The notes under the pieces: model-generated
What the model was told of the DNA's origin: nothing
Databases searched by the model: none
Seen by the model: the letters and a program-made list of their open reading frames with translations, nothing else
Origin: Octopus sinensis
Taxonomy: Eukaryota
Direction of reading: 5' to 3'
Length of the DNA stretch: 64,000 nt
NCBI RefSeq assembly: GCF_006345805.1
Contig: NC_043006.1
Span: 96,596,001-96,660,000 of the forward strand
In this document: positions 52,126-64,000 of the stretch, piece by piece
Layout of the letters: each line of letters opens with the position of its first letter
How positions within the stretch are numbered: position 1 is the stretch's first letter
Made by a program: the position numbers and the translations under genes

Positions 52126-52470
52126 TAATTATAGTAAATTAGAGATAAAACCACTATTAGGCAAATCAAACAATGAAAAACATAAGCCAATACATAAAAT
52201 TAATTAATTTATATTATTTTAAATATATATCAAAAGTATTAAAAGTTTAATAAAAGATAATGATAACTGTTAATACTTTTGATATATATTTAAAATAATA
52301 TAAATTAATTAATTTTATGTATTGGCTTATGTTTTTCATTGTTTGATTTGCCTAATAGTGGTTTTATCTCTAATTTAATATAATTTAATATTTTACTATA
52401 AAATTGGATTTAATCCTAAATCTGATTTTTCCCTGTAAATTTGGATTTATTCCCTAATATTTTATTATTA
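52126..52470 (+). mobile_element. Fold-back element of the 33.4-kb family: identical ~105-bp arms, 27-bp spacer, shared 3' tail, no HHR
   Basis: Arms 52137-52241 and 52270-52376; AAAACCACTATT and the tail are homologous to 33421-33862. Confidence 0.88.
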
Positions 52471-52482
52471 ATATATATATAA

Positions 52483-52517
<35 letters not shown>

Positions 52518-52559
52518 TGTATGACTGTGTGCATTCTATACTTATACATACATACACGT

Positions 52560-52786
52560 ACAGAGATACCAGCGCGTGGAATACTGGTGGAACATTCTCA
52601 TTAAAACACTCGTCAAGTGTAAACATAACAGGCTGGATATTGAGGCTTAGGACAGAGGTAAGCTGTCCTGTTGATGTGAATATCTCTTTGAATGTCAAAG
52701 AGAAAGAAGACAATTATGGACAACTGCTTCGAAACCTCCAGCTTCTATACCCGGATTACAAATTTACATTTATACCAATAATATAA
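52560..52786 (+). pseudogene. Fragment of a second RLE-type LINE endonuclease domain
   Basis: WWNILIKT.VKCKHNRLDI..DR / EVSCPVDVNISLNVKEKEDNYGQLLRNLQLLYPDYKFTFIPII, a PD..E..CP...K..K.Y pattern. Confidence 0.7.
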
Positions 52787-52799
52787 AACTGTATAACAA

Positions 52800-54270
52800 T
52801 GAAAAAAATAACGGAAATGAGAATAACCTTTTCTAGCGGCGTTTTGTGTGTAGATCACGAATATAACGTCGGTTTTTTTCTGTGACCTTCTGTTTCTCGT
52901 AAATTACCATCTTACGTTAAAGTTGGTTCCTTAGGAATTGAGTGCAAACAGGATTGGGCCGAAACTCTGAAAGTCATCAACGGATTCTCATATAATTTTA
53001 ATGGTCTTTGTCAACCTAACCTATGAAAATTATAGAAGTACACTCACTATTTTTATAGCTATATGGGTCCAAATCCGTGGTAAATCTGGCAAGAAACCAC
53101 ACCTCATCACCCAACCTGAACTCAATGATCTAGTTCATGATCTAACACTTACTAAGCATCAGAATGATGTAACAATGGAACCTGTATTGAGGAAGCGTTC
53201 TGCAGATCTACAGTAATTCTTCACTTTGGAAAACAACTTGACTTATTGTAATGATATCAGAGACCTATTCAATGCTCTTGAGCTGACCTATGAACCAAAT
53301 GAATGAAAGTTATTCATAGATGCATCCCTTTACAGCATAAAGGCGGTTCTGTTGCATATTGGGAATACCATGCCTTCAGCTTCAAATGCTCACTCAGTCA
53401 TTTTAAGAGAGAACCTCACTTTTATTCTAGACCGCACAAATTACAAGAAGCATGAGTGGCTAATTTGTGTAGACTTGAAAGTAGTAGCCCTACTTAATGT
53501 GCTAGAAACTGGATACATCAAGTCTATGCGTTTCCTTTTACAAGTGGGACAGTATGGTCAGATCAGAATATCATGTACGCACAGAATGTCCACATCGGGA
53601 AACTATGACGCCTGGATGCCATAATGTAAATTATGAGCCAATAGTTAAGAAGGAGAAGATCATTTCGCCACCACTGCATAAAAACTGGGCCTAATGAAGC
53701 AATTTACCAAAGCAATGCAACATAACAAGCCATGTTTCCAGTACCTCAAGGTGATCTTCCCAAAGATAAGTGATGTCAAGGTTAAAGAGGGCATATTCGT
53801 AGGCCCTCAGATTCCTCAACTTATAGCTGATGAGGACTTCAAAGGCGACAATAGATGAAACTGAGCTAGCGGCCAGGCACGCATTCAAGGATGTATGCAA
53901 AGGGCTTCTGGAAAAGCACCAAGTGGCTCAGCGAGAAGGTATAAGGGGGAGCCTAATCAAGTGCCACCCAGACCTCGGATGCAATATGTCACTAAAAAAA
54001 CACTTCCTTCATTCTCATCTGTCCTTCTTCCCAGAGAATGCAGGAGATGTGAGTGATGAACATGGAGAGAGTTCCATCAAGATATAGCGTTAATGGACAA
54101 CAGGTATAAGCGAAAATGGAACCCAACTGGCTGGTTTCTTTGGAACCTGAAGCGTGACGCACCTGAGACGTCCTATAAACGAAGAAATCATGACGTGCTC
54201 GGACATTTTAGTTATAAAAGTTGAATTTAGCACAATAATTTTCTTGTTACTGAAATTTGTTGTACGGTGT
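52800..54270 (+). mobile_element. Degenerate DNA transposon, CMC/Chapaev3-like transposase
   Basis: PHLITQPELNDLVHDL; E*KLFIDASLYSIKAVLLHIGN; WLICVDLKVV; PPLH-KLGLMKQF; KEGIFVGPQI; GCNMSLKKHFLHSHL.FFPEN.GDVSDEHGE. Superfamily assigned from motif recall; ends approximate. Confidence 0.75.
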
Positions 54271-54624
54271 AATTTGTGCATTTGGCTTCGTAAGTAAATG
54301 CCTAACTGTTAATCTGGATAAGCTTGGATGTTCAAAGAAAAAAAAAGAAACCAACCAACTGATTCGCACATTGCAAATACAATCTCTAAGAGGAACAGTA
54401 GAACTATACAAGACTTCTCTTAGGTTTAAAACATGACGTTTACGTTAACTACATTTCAATGAAGGAGTTTTTGTATGTTTTTTAGAAACCAGCTCCTTCT
54501 TCTTCAGAAGAATTTAAATGACTAAAACCAGATGAGACATACATATATATATATATATATACGTACATCGAGGTATATATACATATATACTTACATTCAT
54601 ATATATTATATATATATACATTTA

Positions 54625-54790
54625 ACAGAATGAGATAAAAATCCAAGGCTGTGAAAAATTTCAGAACATTTATAAATAGGTCTTAAAGCTGTTTCCGGGA
54701 TATTTTATATATCAACTTCATCAGAAAAAGTGTGAAAAAATGGTTAAGCAATAGTTATTCTAGATGGGATATGAAATAGAGAGTGAAGTG
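54625..54790 (-). repeat. Module with decayed HHR
   Basis: CTGATGAA-G..GATAT ATAAA ATATC..-GGAAACAGCTTTA; stems I and III broken. Confidence 0.4.
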
Positions 54791-54868
54791 GAGGAATGAA
54801 AATAGACGTCAGATATGCACGGATATTATATATGTAGTTCATTATTTAGGCAGAATGGTATACATACA

Positions 54869-54990
54869 TTCTGTAGAAGAGCGTAGGCTCGAAACGTAAA
54901 AGACATTTTCTATTCCTGAGCGTTATACTAATACGTGTGTTTGTTTTGTACACCACCTGTCTTCGTCTTTCGTTTTTTTTCGTAAACTCT

Positions 54991-54995
<5 letters not shown>
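54869..54995 (+). mobile_element. Second copy of the 11.1-kb HHR-like repeat
   Basis: CTGTAGAA-GAGC GTAG GCTC-GAA-ACGT-A-AAAG, ending in (TA)n. Confidence 0.75.
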
Positions 54996-55040
<45 letters not shown>

Positions 55041-55121
55041 CATTCCTTTACCTTGTAAGTTCCAATGGTATTTAAAATTGGTCATTCCAAGCATATTGTT
55101 TGTAAACAGTGTTATTGAATC

Positions 55122-55185
<64 letters not shown>

Positions 55186-55649
55186 CATACATACATACAT
55201 ATTTACATACGTACTTCTATAGGCAACAATACAGCTCTGTGTTTAGGTCTTAAGAACAAAACCCTGAGTTACAAAATATATTCCTCACAATTTCTGGAAT
55301 TGAGATATGCCATATTCTTTACTCCGTAAATGCTTTATAGAATTAATGCTGTTTAGATTCTAAATGTGTCTGTTCATGATTATTCACAAAAATAAACAAT
55401 ATAACACACTCTATTTCCTGAAGTATTTAGTACATTATCTGGTATCTTATCTACAAGCTTTGTTTTTACGAACAAGAATGCAACAACGCAAGAATACGGA
55501 GTCGGGTGTTTTATTGCGTGTACAATAATAGGTTAGCTGCAAACATTATTGGCAGAGAATCAAAACTACATTAACTCTTTAAATTAGTCAATATATGCAT
55601 TCAAGCATGACGCCTATATAAATGCACATGTATATATGCATATATGTAC

Positions 55650-55680
<31 letters not shown>

Positions 55681-55691
55681 ATGCATATATG

Positions 55692-55777
<86 letters not shown>

Positions 55778-55801
55778 ATACACATACATATATATATATA
55801 T

Positions 55802-55866
<65 letters not shown>

Positions 55867-56268
55867 CGCACACACGTTTAGTTATATTGCATTTACTTAA
55901 TCCGATGCCGCGTTAGAAACGTAAGGGTCTGCAATTAAATTATGTACTTAATTCATGCAGCGGGTGCATTTATTTATGCATGAAGAAGTATCCTGCATGC
56001 ATGCAACACAAATGAACGCACACAAACACACAATCACACGCCTACATATACACAGAGCCATGTAAGTATCTATGGATGTATCTCCTAATACATGCATGCA
56101 TACATAAAGACATACACATATACACGCATGTATACACACATACATATATGTCTACGCATAAACACATTCATACATATTTATCTATCTATATATATAAGTT
56201 TATGAGTGCATTTTGTGTGTATGGTATAAGTATATATACATGCATACATACATACATGCATACATACA

Positions 56269-56310
<42 letters not shown>

Positions 56311-56315
56311 ATGTG

Positions 56316-56457
<142 letters not shown>

Positions 56458-56525
56458 CATGTATGTATATACAAGTGTATATATGTGTAGATATACATGC
56501 TTGCGTGTTTATGTTTCACACACAG

Positions 56526-56557
<32 letters not shown>

Positions 56558-59500
56558 TTGAGTGTGTGTGTGTGTGTGTGTGTACCAGCGTGGTTTTCTC
56601 GTTGTACGTGTTATGTGCGTTTATTAAAATTTGCTTGATAGAAAATTAAAGGAAAACAGATAACGGTTAATGAAGTCCATCTATCTGACCAACATCGCAA
56701 TCACCCGCAGAGTTCTGGTGTCGCCACAACATCACTGCCATCGCAACACCACCACCACCACCACCACCACCACCACCACTATTACTAACAACAACAGCAA
56801 CAACAACTACAGTAAGACAACCACTACATTCAGCACCACCTTTACCACCACCACTACCGCCACCACCACCACCACCACCATCATAACCACTGCAGTCATC
56901 ATCATCGTCATCGGCATCGTTATCCTGAACACTCCCCTATTTTCATTTTCATCACCTCTACCACCACCTCATCACCACCACCTCATCACCACCACCTCAT
57001 CACCACCACCACCCCACCCCATCATCGTCATCATCATCATCATCATTATTATGATCAACATCATCCCCGTCGTCGCTGACGTTGTAGTTATCGTCATCCT
57101 CATTATCGTCGTCGTGGTATTAATCATCACGATCATCACGATCTTGATCGTCCTCGTAAGCATCACCATCGTCATCATCACCATCACTCCCACCACCAAC
57201 AACAACATCACCACCACCATCATTACCACCACCACCACTACCACCTCTACCACCATCACCACCACCACCACCACTATCACCTCTACCAACACCACCACCA
57301 CAACCACCACCATCATTACCACCACCACCACTACCACCTCTACCAACACCACTACCATCATTACCACCACCACCACCCCACTACCGCCTCTACCAACACC
57401 ACCGCAACCACCCCACTACCACCTCTACCAACACCACCACCACCACCACCATATTCTCCGTCGTCACCATCCAGACATGCAGGAGAATATGTTGGAAGGC
57501 TACAAAGGGGAAACCAAATCGAACGATATGTAATCTGACTCTGTCATCAAATCATCAAAGATCTGCTTCTGTTTTCATTAGCATTTCCCATTGTCATTGA
57601 CTTATCTGAATTGGCTAATTGTTGTTGTTGCTCATGCTGTTGTCGTTGTTGTTGTTATTGCTGTTACTTTTGTTGTTGATAACCATTGCATATTCTTATT
57701 GCTATTTTTTTTTCTCTTTCCGTTATGTTGCCATCTCGCTGCTCTGCAGCCACTGCAGCAAGGCTTGTGTGTGTGTGTGTGTGCATTTGTGTGAGTGTCT
57801 ATTCGTGTTTGCATTTGTGTGCTTATATTTGTGCGAGCGTGTCTATATGCATGTCATATCACATCTTTTTATGTGGTTATATATTATTTTATGCTCGTCT
57901 ATAGAAATCGCTATTCATGTCCAAAGCCACAAAATCTGCTTGTAGTTCATTTTTATCGCTTCGCTCTATCAGAAAACCATGGTTGTTTCATTTGGAAACT
58001 TCCTTCACTCCATCATTGCAAGAAGGTCTGTCTGCCGCGTGAAACTGTTTGTGGTCAAAACCGGTTTTCATTACTAACTATTGATTATAGATAAGATCCA
58101 TTCTCTTCGCTCTTTTAGTCTTCTTTCTCTTTTTTTTTTTTTTTTACTTCTAATCCGAAACAAAAGAAAAGAATATAAAAACAAACAAACATTAAAACAT
58201 AAAAGTCAACCAAGGAAAGAAACAAATAGAAATTGTGAATAGCTGGTTTAGAGAGATGATATTCATTGTGATCCGGGATCAAGTCTTCTGGGTTCATGCT
58301 ATAGAGGAAATGGACTTAGGAAAGGAGAGAAATGATCTAGTTATTTAATCATTTCCGATTTATGTAGTTAACCGTATTGAAATTGAGTCACGTCAGAAAT
58401 AAGAGTGACAAGGAATCAGAGAGAGTGGTGGAAATCACGATAGAATTATATTTTAAGATGTGTCTAAATCCTCTGTTTCATATAGGTGACCGGGCGAGAA
58501 CAATGGTCAAACTAGGGTGTCACAGTTCTTCTCGTCACTTCTGTTAGAAATCGTTTCTGTTCATAACACTGACCAAGTGAAAACAGCCATCTAATTGTGT
58601 ATTGGCATTACTGTGCTGGACTTGTGGTTAAGCCGTGTATATCACACGACAGAAATATATAATCCGATATGTCAAATCTCGGGATTCATTATATATTGAG
58701 AGATAGAGAGTGCTACGACGGTCAATTAGCTACTGAGAGACGCTGTTGACCGAGATTCATATGAGCAGATGTTGTTGTTGTTGCTGATAATAAAGATGGT
58801 GATGGTGACGACGACGACAACGACGACGGCGATATCTCTGATGACCATAGCGGGGATGAGGACGGCGACCATGAATGCGACCGCGCCGGCAACGACGAAG
58901 AAGGCGACTTTGATGACGATGATGATGATGATGGCGGCGAGGACGATGATAGCAACGACGACAACAATGTTGATGATTATTATGATGCTAATGATGATGG
59001 TGCGGGTGATTATGATCGCAATGATGACGATGATGATGATAGTGAAGTTGTTGCCATCATCATCGTTTTTTTTTGTTGTCTTTTACTTGCTTCAGTCATT
59101 AGACTGCGGCCATAGTGGAGGGAGGTACAGTGCACCTAAGATTACATTTCTCAGTTTGACGTTTCGATGTGAAGAACATTTTGCTATTATTTCTAGCAGG
59201 TCTAGCAACCACAGAGGTAATTGCCTGTTACATGGCCGTTACAGCAACGAATAAGGATCAATGATGGCTAATAATAAGGTATTTCCTTCTCATTCTGAGA
59301 ATTATTTATAAAGTAATGTCTTGTGAAAATTCCAACAGATGTGTGTGTGCGTGTGTCTGTGTGTGTGTGCGTGTGTCTGTGTGTGTGTGCGTACGTGTAC
59401 TGACGTACATGTACATATACATGCATATATATATATATACATGTACGTTTAAGATAATGTGTATGAATTTAGAAAAATATGCATAGATCCTCAAAGAAAA

Positions 59501-59559
59501 ACTGTATTCGAAAAAAAGTTTGTTACAATTAATCTTGGGGATTCTTTTATCAGGCCTAT

Positions 59560-60440
59560 TAAATGAATCTACCGTTAGCATCAATGTCTGCTTCAATAGG
59601 TTAGTGGAAGCATTTGCATGCCCGAATCAGATGATCTTTGGAAATAATACCGGTGACAGCGCACTTGAGAGATAGTATGGTGTTATGGGGCTGTTGTTTG
59701 ACCGCTCTCTTATCGTCGTTCCATATGCAATAGTCTGCTGTATTGAATGCTGGTGAATTAGAAGGCCACGTGTCTGGGAGAACATGATCAGGAAGACTGG
59801 CATGCACTCACGAGATGGAGCAGTGCCTTGTTGGAAGTCGTACATTTTTCTGTTGCCTACTCTGTCTATCTAGATCCTCACAACATTCTCCAACGCCACT
59901 GTGTGGACAGCGATATTGAGTATGAAGATTTCACCCACCAAAAAAATTTTTTAAATAATGAAATCGAGGCGGCATGATATCTACCTCGCTACTGACGGCT
60001 TCTAGAACCATTACAGTTACTAGGAATTTAGTATGATGGACGATGGAACCTCATTCGGGTCTCTGTCGGTTCTGATCGAAGTTTTTCTTATCTGAGAAAC
60101 TTCAAAGCATTCCAGCCACTTGATGTCTTAACTTGTTTAGAAAGCCTCTTGCACTGATCAAATAATTCTCACTTGTCACATCCGATATAAATTGACCTCT
60201 CTGCATCACATACGACTTGAGCCAGATGTCTTCATGCACAGCTCCTCGGACGGTGCATTCTGAAAGGTTGAGGTCCTTTGCAATAGTTCTTATTGACTTT
60301 CCGAAGAGTTTAACGACTATTTCTTGGACTTTTGATACAAAGATATGTATTCTGATTGTATTACGACTCTGTGCATGTGCTCTCAGCTTAGCCGCTGACG
60401 TTACATCTCTGTCAGGCGCTTCCATCTCTATTTGGACCTT
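59560..60440 (-). mobile_element. Degenerate Tc1/mariner-superfamily transposase, maT/DD37D-like
   Basis: KSIRTIAKDLNLSECTVR..VHEDI.LKSYVM..GQF; FSDKKNFDQ; VMVL.AVSSE..IMPP; YDFQQGTAPS; WPSNSPAFNTADYCIW; PHNT..SLK; LIRAC. TIRs not recognised. Confidence 0.85.
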
Positions 60441-60504
60441 GACAACAAAAGTTTGAGGAGCTGCACCTAAAAGGGTGCTTGTATATCCTTTTTCCTTTTT
60501 TTTT

Positions 60505-60903
60505 TCTTTTTACTTGTTTCAGTTATTTTGACTGCGGCCATGCTGGAGCACCGCCTTTAATCGAGCAACACGACCCCGGGACTTATTCTTTGTAAGCCCA
60601 GTAATTATTCTATCGGTCTCTTTTGCCGAACCGCTAAGTGACGGGGACATAAACACACCAGCATCGGTTGTCAAGCAAAGCTAGGGGGACAAACACAGAC
60701 ACAAAAACATACACGCACATACATATATATACATATATACGACGGGCTTCTTTCAGTTTCCGTCTATCAAATCCGCTCACAAGGCTTTGGTCGGCCCGAG
60801 GCTATAGTAGAAGACACTTGCCCAAGGTGCCACGCAGTGGGACTGAACCCAGAACCATGTGGTTGGTAAGCAAGCTACTTACCACACAGCCACTCCTGCG
60901 CCT
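60505..60903 (-). mobile_element. SINE family A, full length
   Basis: Reverse-complement homology to 2496-2937. Confidence 0.9.
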
Positions 60904-61674
60904 GATCCAAATTAGGGGACAAAGATACGTTGTCCAGGTCACATAGTTCGGGCGATAAAACATTACATAGAACTAGCTATCATAATAGAATGCTCCTACC
61001 GCTGCCTTTTAATTCTCTGTTACTTTATTCAGTTGCCTTAAAACATAAATAATGCTTTTTGGAGGAACATAAATGTCACAAAATCACATTATATTAAAAT
61101 GTATTATATTAAATATATTGAGTTTTATTCAGTTAGAATATCCTGAAATGAAATACAAGCAGTAATAATAAAACCACTATTATATCTATAAATATATGCA
61201 CACCCACTTCACAAACACACACACACACACACTTACACGCAATCATACACATACACACAGAAACCAATACATACACACAGAAACCAATACATACACGCAC
61301 ACACCGGAACATTAAACAAATAAACACGCAATTTCAGGGTAACTTGAAGAAAAATTGTCAATGTTGTTTTCGTATCATGCATGATGACGCTTGACACACT
61401 TCATTAATTTCTATTAAATTATCAGATGCGCACAAACATACATACACATGCATATACACACACATACACAGGCGCGCGCGTACTCACACACACACACACA
61501 CACACGCGCGTATACATTCATATTTAAGCCAATATTAAAGAACAGAAAATTATACACACAGATACATATATGTAGCTGTATATGTGTGTATACGCATACA
61601 TATATATATTGTACATACATCTATATATATAAATATGCATGTATGCATGTATGTGTGTGAGCGTGTTCGTGTAT

Positions 61675-61732
<58 letters not shown>

Positions 61733-62359
61733 CTATGTGTGTATGCATATATGTGCGTGTATATATATATATATATTATATATATATATATATATATGAG
61801 TGTGTATGATATGTGTGTATATGTATATGTATATATATATAATATATATATATATATGCATATATGTATGTGTGTATGTATATGCATGTATGTATGTGTG
61901 TGTATATAATCTTTCTTCAAACTGCGCTGCGGTTCCGTGTTTATTTGTTCAATACTCCGGTGTGTATATGGCTTGTTACGTGTGTGTGTGTGTGCTTGCT
62001 TGTTCATTTGTTTGCTTGTTTGTGTGTCTGTGTATGTTTGTGTATGTACGTGTGTGTGTGTGTGTGTGCAAGAGAGAGAAAGAGAGAGTATGTGTGCGCG
62101 CGCTTATCTGTGTTTATGTGTGTACACACACACGCACATACATATATTCTCAATTTCTCAATTTTTGCTAATGCTCCTTTTGTAATACTGTTGTTGTTAT
62201 GATCATCATCATCATTATTATTATTGTATTTGTTTCTTTTTTAATGTTTTTTTTTCATTACTATTTGTATATATAAAAGTATTACTGAAATTTCATTAAT
62301 ATCTTCCAACTCATTCCATTCTGTTCATCAAATTTGTTGATGAAACAAGATTTTTAGCG

Positions 62360-62494
62360 AACATGAATTCGAAAGAAACGAAAAGAAATATGGTGACTCC
62401 GACGACGAAGACGATGATGACGACGATGATGGCAACGGTGATGATGACGATGTTGACGATGATGATGATGTTGACGATGATGACGATGTTGACA

Positions 62495-62531
<37 letters not shown>

Positions 62532-62687
62532 CGATGATGATGATGATGATGATGATGACGGCGACGACTCCGACAACTCCGACGACGGTGCTGGTGTTTT
62601 TTAGTATTAATGATAAGCAATTTTCACTCTAACAATAACGCTAACAACAAAAACAATAAAAACAACTGCTTTAATAATATAATAATA

Positions 62688-62732
<45 letters not shown>

Positions 62733-62908
62733 TAATAATAATAATGATAATATAATAATAATAATAATATAATAATAATAATAATATAATAATAATGAAA
62801 TAATAATTGATGATGATGATGGTGGGATGATGATGAAGATGATAATAATATGATTTAATACTACTACTACTACTACTACTTACTACTACTACTACTACTT
62901 ACTACTAC

Positions 62909-62950
<42 letters not shown>

Positions 62951-63175
62951 GAAGAAGAAGAAGAAAGAAGAATGATAATGATTGATGATAATAATAATAA
63001 TGATGATTGATGATGATAATAATAATAATAATTATTATTATTATTATAATGATGATAATGATAATAAGAAGAAGAAGAAGAAGAAGAAAAAGAAGAAGAA
63101 GAAGAAGAAGAAGAAGAAGAAGAAGAAAAAGAAAAGAAGAAGAAGAACAACAACAACAACAACAACAATTTCTTT
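62360..63175. repeat. Trinucleotide mosaic (GAT, AAT, ACT, AAG, AAC)
   Basis: Directly visible. Confidence 0.92.
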
Positions 63176-63474
63176 TATTTGCAAGGAGGTCTTCGTATGA
63201 GTTTACGTTTTGTGCAGGGTTTTTCATAAAAGATGAAGATAAGGAGAATGTAAAAACAGTGAACTGTGTTAAATGGTATACAATGTATTCAAAAATGCGT
63301 GAACACATCTATTATTGAGTCCTACTATTTCCGAAGACCCTCTATCTATGGAGTGCTCAGCCGATTGTACCTAAATTTTACGAACAGGCTGTTCTGTTAA
63401 TCTGATCAACTGGAGCACTCGTCGTCGTAACTGACGGAATGCTAGTTATTTTACACATGCATATATATATATAT

Positions 63475-63620
63475 ACAACGGATTTCTTTCACTTTTTGTT
63501 TACCAAATCCACTCGCAAGGCTTTGGTCAGCCCGGAGCTATGGTAGAAAACAGTTGCTGAAGGTGCCACGTGGAGGGTTTGAACTCGGAACCATGTGTTT
63601 GGAAGGCGAGCTTCTTATCG
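63475..63620 (-). mobile_element. SINE family A, 5' half, degenerate
   Basis: ACCAAATCCACTCGCAAGGCTTTGGTC...GAACTCGGAACCATGTG. Confidence 0.7.
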
Positions 63621-63824
63621 TACATCTGCACGTAATTACTTTTTAAATTACATTACGGATGTACATCAAGAACAGATTACTGCTTAAAATGCTCAGCAAA
63701 GATTTGGTAGTTATGCAACATAATGACTCACTAAATCGAAATGATAAATTTGGTATTGAAGCGCAGATATTTTATTTTTCCTACTTTTTGCGTCGAGTTA
63801 CTGCCTGGTTATATCTTTTGTACT

Positions 63825-64000
63825 CTGGACACAAGGTCCTAAAATTTTCGGAGTGGGGCCAGTCGATTAGATCGACTCCAGTAGGCAACTGGCACTTAAT
63901 TTATCGACCCCGAAAGGATGAAAGGCAAAGTCGACCTCGGTGGAATTTGAACTCCGAACGTAAAGACAGATGGACAAAATACCTATTTCTTTATTACCCA
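63825..64000 (-). mobile_element. SINE family B
   Basis: TTATCGACCCCGAAAGGATGAAAGGCAAAGTCGACCTCGG..AATTTGAACTC. Confidence 0.85.

Overview
Repeat-saturated, AT-rich eukaryotic intronic or intergenic DNA, most likely from an octopod cephalopod. This is inferred from the abundant tRNA-derived SINE families and the extreme (TA)n/(CA)n/(AAT)n load; no database search was possible. No protein-coding host gene can be supported, and nearly all listed ORFs are translations of microsatellites. Decodable remnants: two Penelope-like elements (PLEs; a young Naiad-like GIY-YIG 3' half at 9.7-10.6 kb and a Neptune-like RT at 18.7-20.1 kb), an R4/Dong-like RLE LINE (39.2-41.0 kb) plus a second RLE fragment, a Chapaev3-like and a maT/DD37D-like DNA transposase relic, a non-autonomous Helitron, at least five SINE families, and three minisatellites. 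The main unexplained signal is about 13 hammerhead-ribozyme (HHR) motifs, 4-6 of them with near-complete folds. They sit in short ORF-less modules bounded by (TA)n. Several modules are head-to-head fold-back palindromes whose symmetry axis lies just 5' of the ribozyme core. This suggests a family of non-autonomous, retrozyme-like PLE derivatives. Many small homopolymer/dinucleotide slips suggest an imperfectly polished long-read assembly, so frameshifts and arm differences should be read with caution.
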